From a virus, in the IMG/VR virus record IMGVR_UViG_3300035150_000015, positions 1 to 64,000 of that record: 64,000 nt of DNA. One strand, given 5' to 3'. The notes beneath the pieces were generated by a model. The model worked only from the letters and a program-made list of their open reading frames with translations, ran no database searches and had not been told where the DNA came from. Positions within the stretch are counted from its first letter, which is position 1, and every line of letters starts with the position of its first letter. Shown piece by piece: positions 57,987-64,000 of this stretch. The position numbers and the translations under genes were made by a program.

Positions 57987-58430
57987 TCACCCCATCTTCA
58001 GGAGTACTTGGTTGACCAGGTCCCTCTTGGCGGATGCCACCTTGAAAGCTTCAAGATGGGAGACCATGGACCTGTACTTCTTCAATTGTTTTCGAAGGCT
58101 CTGTAGTCCCCTTTTTTCGGAATCCTTGGCAGAAAATTCCGCTTGCTGCAGAGCCCTCTGAGCCTTTCCCAGAAGACCTAGACTGACTGACTTCCCCTCT
58201 TCGACCCTCTTCTTCAAGAGATCAACAGGGTTTCCAGCTGGTCTGTTCTTCCAGACTTCCCCGATGCTATCACTGACACCCTTGTCTACCCTAACCTTGA
58301 CATTGGTGCCTCCGGACGGTCCCTCAGTCTTGTCCCTTTTCACATGATGCTTACGAGGGTCAGCTTTGGGGTGCTCTCTCAAATAAGTTCTGAGGGCTTC
58401 AGGAGATTCGAATTCTTTGGAAGTTTTCAT
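57987..58430 (-). CDS. basic hypothetical protein
   Basis: GAGG RBS; YLREHPKADP motif. Confidence 0.6.
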   Translation of the reverse strand: MKTSKEFESPEALRTYLREHPKADPRKHHVKRDKTEGPSGGTNVKVRVDKGVSDSIGEVWKNRPAGNPVDLLKKRVEEGKSVSLGLLGKAQRALQQAEFSAKDSEKRGLQSLRKQLKKYRSMVSHLEAFKVASAKRDLVNQVLLKMG

Positions 58431-58432
58431 CC

Positions 58433-59149
58433 TCACCACTCCACTGGAGAGCCATCAGGACCAAGAATATCGGCTTGACGGATCAAGTACATATCCTGCG
58501 GGCAAGCAAACAATCGGATTTTCCGGCCCTCCGCCATCTTGTAAGTGGTCCTCCGCATCTGAGTCCCACACTTAGGGCAGTTCGGAAGACGAGCTGTGAC
58601 TTCAGCCCTTGTAGCCCGGTGCTGGCGATTCTGAGCGGCCCAATAGGTGGCAGTCTTCCTGGCGTGCTGTTCCAGCAACAGATCAAGAGATCTGGAAGCA
58701 AAGCGGTAGAACTTCTTTACCTCATCCAGAAGAACGTCGTCTTCTGTCGCGGCCCCGTACTTACGCCACAAGCTATCGTAAGCTAGAACCTCTCCCACAT
58801 TCGAGTGGAACAAACGGGCCATGTCCCGATGAAATCCAGGAGGGACCTGAGTGGTTCTCCATAGATTCTGAAGCCTCTCCCTGGCCTTCTTGGTCACCTC
58901 CATCCCAGGAAAGTAGGAAAATTCTACTGTGGGTGGGAGATAAGCTGCGAATTCCGGAGATGACTTTACAAGCCACTCCGGAGATACGCGCTCACTGCCA
59001 AACGGCCACTGGACATCGACAAAACCAATCCCCGGCAACACGGCCAAAACCCTCCCGGCATAAGGGGTAACCCCCTGCCCGGGAAGGATTTGCTGTACGG
59101 TATCACCAACAGAAAAGTCTTTGGTCAGAGTCCAGTAGTCAATCGCCAC
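58433..59149 (-). CDS. hypothetical protein with SH3-like N-terminus and C-terminal zinc ribbon
   Basis: FSVGDTV...VDVQWP; CPKCG...FACP. Confidence 0.65.
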   Translation of the reverse strand: MAIDYWTLTKDFSVGDTVQQILPGQGVTPYAGRVLAVLPGIGFVDVQWPFGSERVSPEWLVKSSPEFAAYLPPTVEFSYFPGMEVTKKARERLQNLWRTTQVPPGFHRDMARLFHSNVGEVLAYDSLWRKYGAATEDDVLLDEVKKFYRFASRSLDLLLEQHARKTATYWAAQNRQHRATRAEVTARLPNCPKCGTQMRRTTYKMAEGRKIRLFACPQDMYLIRQADILGPDGSPVEW

Positions 59150-59190
59150 GGCAGAACCCTCAAGAAAAAACGGGATGGTAGAAAAGAAGC

Positions 59191-59586
59191 TTACGGAGCG
59201 AGAGGGCGCCCGGTCTCAGACTTACCAGTCTCAACAGCCGAGGACTGATCGTCGGAATAAGCCTGCATGTAAGGCTCGTCAGCGTCGGTCTGAACAGGCT
59301 TCTGAGGGTTCTCAAAGGTAGCCATGTAAGGCTCGTCAGCGTCACGCTGGAGAACCTTGGCTTCCTTGAGCAGTTTCACCTGACGACGCTCCAAGGAATC
59401 CTGCCCATAGGCACGAACCTCGAGCTCATCAGCAGTTTTGTCCAAGTTGTTGACAATCTCTTTGGCGGTATCAAAAGAGATCCCCAAAGCTTCGTGGTTG
59501 GCCTGGATCTCTCCGGCAGCCACGTCCAAGTGAGCAAGAATGGTATTGACCGTCTTGATTTGTTCGGCGGATAGCTTGGTAGGCAT
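59191..59586 (-). CDS. hypothetical head-region protein
   Basis: AGGAG RBS, MPTKLSAEQ; DADEPYM twice. Confidence 0.65.
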   Translation of the reverse strand: MPTKLSAEQIKTVNTILAHLDVAAGEIQANHEALGISFDTAKEIVNNLDKTADELEVRAYGQDSLERRQVKLLKEAKVLQRDADEPYMATFENPQKPVQTDADEPYMQAYSDDQSSAVETGKSETGRPLAP

Positions 59587-59617
59587 TTCCGTTACTCCTG
59601 AGGGTTGCTTGTTACTT

Positions 59618-62600
59618 CTAGGCCCCCTTGAGGACCTGGAGAATTGGTAGAAGGACTTTCTTGGCCTCAGCGTCAGCTGCTGCCGTTCGGATAATGAGAG
59701 AACGCAATTTGGTGTACTTGTCGGAAGAAGCCTTCTTCGGTTCCTCCTCCTTAGGTTCCTCGGGCTCCTGTTGCTCTGCCAGCCTGGTTGACAAGTCAAA
59801 GAGCTCAAAAGCCATCTTGGGATTTTCGTTAGCCAGATGAACTGCCATCTTTCGGATCTGAGTCGATGCTTTCACGAGAGTAACCTTTTCTTTGGCTAGT
59901 TTCCCTGGGATAGTCCCAAATGCTTCTCCAGGACCTGGAGCCGGAACATTCCCCAAGCGAGCCAAGAGCATGTTATATGTGTTCGGGTCCACAGTTCTAT
60001 TGTATTTGCTGGTGTGTATTGCGAGATCCAAGGCGGCTCTCAACTGAGTGTCACGAAGGACTCCCTTGACATCGTCAGCCAAAACAGGGTTTTTTAACCA
60101 CTCTTGGGCAGAATCCAAAATAAACCTGTAGTCTGCCTCTCCCAGTTTCCCTTGCTGGGCTTGATTCCACTGAGGGTAGGACGTGGGACGTTCTTCTTCG
60201 GGGTCCACGCCGTGGTAGACTGCAGTCCGGCGATGTTGATCCATCGATAATCTAGAAAGATAAGTAGAATTTCGGTATCGCTCCAAAACCGCAGCCACTT
60301 TAGACCGGTTGGCCAAATCTTCAAAAAGATCTGGCACCTCTTCTTTCTTACCTCTGACCACATCATACCGGACAGGTTTTACGGGCTTAGGGGGCTCGGG
60401 CTCAGAGAAAGGTTCGGGACGTTTCTTGCCCGGAGCCTGATAGCTCGTATCCCATTTCCACATGGCCTTTTCAGCCTTGGCCTTCCTCTTCTCCCACTCC
60501 CTGTAAAGAGCTAGCTGCTGGTCATACTCGTCAGCATCCAACCTGTCCATAGCGGCCCTAACAACAGGAACCTTCTGGGGGGCCAAAGCCCGTAAACGAG
60601 ACAGGATCCTAACCTTGAAAGCCACTCCTCCTGGGTGACGAGACGTCCCATAAAGCTTTGACTTCTTCCGGAAGAAATCCGATGCCTTCCTCATTCCCTG
60701 AGCAATATTATTGGCGTCGTCCAGTTCCGAGAAAGACTCCTCAGATTCAAAGGGGGTCCTATTCAAAAACTTCGCCTTAGCCTCCTGGTAATCATTGGCC
60801 TCCAGGAACCCTCGAGCAATCCTCCGAGTGGCCGGGTCAAGCTGAGAAAGGAGTTTCTTGGCCACACCCTCACGAATTGGGATGTGTTGCCCCGAATCCA
60901 AATGTTCCTCGAAAGCCTTCTCGGCCTGTTTCTTGGCCTGCTTCTCTGAGCCCCCCCGAAGCATGAAGTCCGCAAGTGTTGAAGCCAACTCTGGGGGTAC
61001 CCTTGGTCGGTTCGTCATCGACGGGAGGCTCAACTCGTAGGACAGCCTGTCCTTAGCGGCCAAACTAGCTGCCAAGACCTGCATCTGGTGTTTACGCATA
61101 GCTTCAGCCTGCTCATCCAACGGCAGGGAGGCGAACACCCTCTTCTTCCCACCCTGCATCACCGTTCTAGGGGGCTTCACATCAGCAGGGTCAGTAGCAA
61201 AGAATTGCTGGGTTTTGGCCACAAGGTCTCTGACATTCTTAGGCTTCTGTCTACGAGCCACAGAATAATTCCGGACCAATTCCCTAGCATCCGTAGGATG
61301 TAGGTTCTTGGAAATAATGTCGACAACAAGTTCCGGGGGGAAAGTGTCGACGATTTCAGCCAACACCTCCCGACGTTCTGCCTCAGAAGGCTCTGGGCGT
61401 TCTGGCTCTGGGATACCGGCCCTCTCGAACTCGGACAATGAATCGTAGGAACGCTTCGCGTCCAAAGCTTTCTTCAGAGCCCGGAGATTATCACTCAGAC
61501 CGTCAGGCAAGGCCCCCTTCAACTCAGGGAAGGCCTTCTCGGGCCTCACAAACTCCAAGTCGTGTTCCTCCGCCAACTTGTTCAATCTCTCGGAGGGTTC
61601 GCTGGTGGGGTCAGAAAGTTGTTGAACCAGATCCCAGGCCGGCCCATTCTTCACGTCCAAAAGCAACTTGGACGCCTCGGCCCCATCCTTGATCAGCTTT
61701 TTCCGAGCCCTCTTGTCTTTTTCGATCTTCTTCTTTTCTCCCTCCTCTTGCTCGAAGCTTTCTATCAGAACGGACTGCTTCTCCGGGGGGAGCTCCTCAA
61801 AAGGGACTCTCTTCTTGGAGTCCAGAACCATCACCTGTCCGTTCTCCAACTCACTGGTAGGGATGGCTTCTAGAAACCGTTGGAACTGGGGTTCTTTGTG
61901 CCTTCCAGAAGCTACCCACTCCTGAACCTTGGGATGCTCAGGCTCCTCTGAGGCGTCCTCCTCAGGCTCCCCTTTTGCTGGCGGCTCCTTGCCCTCCTCA
62001 GGAGCTTTCTCAACCTCCTTGGGCTTGGGTGTCTTCCTACCCTTGGGCTTAGCCTTGGACTTCGAGGGCTTCGTAGCGAAGGCCTTTTGAAGGTCACCGA
62101 GAGTAGTCAAGCCCTCGGGAAGCTCTATCCCACGGAAAACCTGCGAAACTGAGAACTCGGGATTGTTCTGAGCAAACCCGTGGAGCTCTTGCCCGGGGGT
62201 AATCAAACTCTGCAACTTAGACTTGAGGGCCGGATTGTCCTTCACGAGCTCTCGAAGTTGGTCACCGAATTGCTGCAGCTGAGCTCGATCGAGCTCCCCT
62301 TTCTTCTCCTCCCGCTTAATCTCCTCGTACTTGTGAGGCTCCTCCCTAAGAGTTCTAGGGGAGACCAGGACTGTTTTCCCTGTCTCCTTGCTTTTAGCCG
62401 GGACCCTATCCTCTTCAGCCAGAACCCGGCGTACAACCTGAGCCGATAGACTGCCGCCTATGTCCTTGTAATTCAAAGACTTATCTCGGTCTCTCGCTAC
62501 ATCCTGATCCCCCCCAACATCAGGATCTTCATCGACACGCATATGCTCTCGGCGGCGGTCATGACGAGGGGGCTTAAGCTTGGGAGCCGGGCGCACTAAG

Positions 62601-62656
62601 CGCTCGGCCTCAGCATCTTCGACCTCAGAACGGGTTTTGGTGGACCAAATATCCAT
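59618..62656 (-). CDS. large charged head-region protein
   Basis: 1012 aa directly after portal. Confidence 0.65.
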   Translation of the reverse strand: MDIWSTKTRSEVEDAEAERLVRPAPKLKPPRHDRRREHMRVDEDPDVGGDQDVARDRDKSLNYKDIGGSLSAQVVRRVLAEEDRVPAKSKETGKTVLVSPRTLREEPHKYEEIKREEKKGELDRAQLQQFGDQLRELVKDNPALKSKLQSLITPGQELHGFAQNNPEFSVSQVFRGIELPEGLTTLGDLQKAFATKPSKSKAKPKGRKTPKPKEVEKAPEEGKEPPAKGEPEEDASEEPEHPKVQEWVASGRHKEPQFQRFLEAIPTSELENGQVMVLDSKKRVPFEELPPEKQSVLIESFEQEEGEKKKIEKDKRARKKLIKDGAEASKLLLDVKNGPAWDLVQQLSDPTSEPSERLNKLAEEHDLEFVRPEKAFPELKGALPDGLSDNLRALKKALDAKRSYDSLSEFERAGIPEPERPEPSEAERREVLAEIVDTFPPELVVDIISKNLHPTDARELVRNYSVARRQKPKNVRDLVAKTQQFFATDPADVKPPRTVMQGGKKRVFASLPLDEQAEAMRKHQMQVLAASLAAKDRLSYELSLPSMTNRPRVPPELASTLADFMLRGGSEKQAKKQAEKAFEEHLDSGQHIPIREGVAKKLLSQLDPATRRIARGFLEANDYQEAKAKFLNRTPFESEESFSELDDANNIAQGMRKASDFFRKKSKLYGTSRHPGGVAFKVRILSRLRALAPQKVPVVRAAMDRLDADEYDQQLALYREWEKRKAKAEKAMWKWDTSYQAPGKKRPEPFSEPEPPKPVKPVRYDVVRGKKEEVPDLFEDLANRSKVAAVLERYRNSTYLSRLSMDQHRRTAVYHGVDPEEERPTSYPQWNQAQQGKLGEADYRFILDSAQEWLKNPVLADDVKGVLRDTQLRAALDLAIHTSKYNRTVDPNTYNMLLARLGNVPAPGPGEAFGTIPGKLAKEKVTLVKASTQIRKMAVHLANENPKMAFELFDLSTRLAEQQEPEEPKEEEPKKASSDKYTKLRSLIIRTAAADAEAKKVLLPILQVLKGA

Positions 62657-62680
62657 CGCCTTACCAAGGCGATAGCTAAA

Positions 62681-64000
62681 TTAGTAACGACCCTCGTCCT
62701 CTCCTCCGCTGGGTTTCATCTTCAGCTTCAGGTACTCAGCTATCTTAGTAACTATGTCCGTCTGTTCGGCCAGTAGACGCCCGACCTCACTGTAGACACC
62801 CCTCATAGCCTCGTTGAAGACTGCATCATTGACCGTGAACATGTCCTTCTCGATCTTTAGCTTCGTTTCCTCAGGATCGATGCCAAGAAGCTCAAGGATG
62901 AGGTCGATGCTGATACTCCCCTTCTGGTAGAGGTTCATCATCGCATCAAAAGTATCCTGTGAGTCTCGAAGAGGCAGTCGAGTGAAGCTCAAACGCGGGT
63001 ACAGAACCACTTCCTGGCCCCACTCATCCTCCTCCACGAATCCCATGCGACGAGCCACAGGTTCGAACAGGTAGGTATGGACGTAGTCCTGAACGATCTC
63101 ACGAAGATGAAGATACCTTGTATTGATGACCTCCAGCTTTAGCCGATCCCCAGAATAGAGAGTCTCACCACTCATGAGACTCTCGGTGACACCCAACCCG
63201 GAAAGTAGCCGACGTTCAGTCTGCTCATACTCCACAGACAGATCGAGGAGCCGGTCCCGAGCTCCCATCTCTTCCCACCGAATCTCGTAGTTTGCAACAA
63301 TACTGTAATCGGGGTCTACGAGAGCCAGATCCACTTCTGCCCGTAGTATGTCCACATCGTCATTGCTCAAGCCCTCAGCCCAGACAATTCTTTTGGGCGT
63401 CATGGCTCTAGAAGCGATGGACGTCTGGGCCTGGCGAAGCTTCTCTCGGTAGTAGAGCGTACGCAAGCATCTGTCCAAAATACTCTGTCCTAGAGGGCTG
63501 TTGTCCGATTTCCGGCCGGAAAGAAGGTGCACAAAGGAGCCTTCATCCGGGTCAGTCCCCAACGGAATCAGGTGCCCTTGCGAAATGTGCTCCCGAACCT
63601 CATGGGGGATATCCTGGGCCAGCTCTTCGTCAGCCGGATTGCCATTTTTAGCGCCTTCAACAAGGGCCCGATCTTTGTCGGAAGGGATTAGCTCCACCCG
63701 AACCCGGTCTGTGAACGAACCAGTGGTGACCTTGACCCTATCCAGAGGAAGAATGATAAGCCGGGCCCATCCGGCATAGTGCTTCTGGTAGTAAAGAAGT
63801 TCCTGGTCTTCCCTATCAGTATCTTCTACCCAATACTCCTCCTCTTCCTCTACAGCATCACCGTTATCCTTCAGCACAGCCTTCGGCCGCTTCTCCAGCT
63901 TATGCCCAACCTCTTGTGGGAGATCAACATCAGAATCCTCAGCGAAAATGACACTGGTGCCATTAAGCCAATAGTGTCGAACAATCGTCAGTAGATTCTG
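62681..64000 (-). CDS. portal protein (5' part outside window)
   Basis: Frame open to 64000 (QNLLTIVRHYWLNGTSVIFAE); HLLSGRKSDNSPLGQSILDRCLR, LLSGLGVTESLMSGE. Confidence 0.82.
   Translation of the reverse strand, partial: QNLLTIVRHYWLNGTSVIFAEDSDVDLPQEVGHKLEKRPKAVLKDNGDAVEEEEEYWVEDTDREDQELLYYQKHYAGWARLIILPLDRVKVTTGSFTDRVRVELIPSDKDRALVEGAKNGNPADEELAQDIPHEVREHISQGHLIPLGTDPDEGSFVHLLSGRKSDNSPLGQSILDRCLRTLYYREKLRQAQTSIASRAMTPKRIVWAEGLSNDDVDILRAEVDLALVDPDYSIVANYEIRWEEMGARDRLLDLSVEYEQTERRLLSGLGVTESLMSGETLYSGDRLKLEVINTRYLHLREIVQDYVHTYLFEPVARRMGFVEEDEWGQEVVLYPRLSFTRLPLRDSQDTFDAMMNLYQKGSISIDLILELLGIDPEETKLKIEKDMFTVNDAVFNEAMRGVYSEVGRLLAEQTDIVTKIAEYLKLKMKPSGGEDEGRY

Noticed and set aside
60-63994. Many plus-strand ORFs in the track
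   Set aside because: They are antisense to tightly packed minus-strand genes and show no recognisable motifs.
1-64000. tRNA, rRNA or CRISPR arrays
   Set aside because: None recognisable by eye and intergenic gaps are short; a covariance-model scan would confirm.

Overview
This 64-kb window is the virion-morphogenesis region of a large contractile-tailed dsDNA phage; the host cannot be determined from the sequence. Essentially all real genes are on the minus strand and the plus-strand ORFs are antisense shadows. In transcription order (right to left): portal (partial), head-associated proteins, prohead protease with a LAGLIDADG intein, scaffold, decoration protein, HK97-fold major capsid protein, a LAGLIDADG-DNA methyltransferase fusion, ung, accessory and Ig-repeat genes including a decaying patch, neck genes, HicB/ferritin-like/actin-like genes, a 1533-aa tail sheath, UvrD helicase, tail tube, two chaperone-like paralogues and a partial tape measure. 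Two features stand out. (1) One virion gene is broken into three ORFs by two atypically split inteins, each gap holding a free-standing endonuclease, so three-piece protein trans-splicing would be needed. (2) An IsrB/omegaRNA locus has a 19-nt guide-position sequence that is a codon-third-position variant of the 3' end of the adjacent actin-like gene, whose resident copy is followed by an ATGA TAM-like motif; this suggests RNA-guided homing between related phages. Family assignments come from motif recognition, not database searches.
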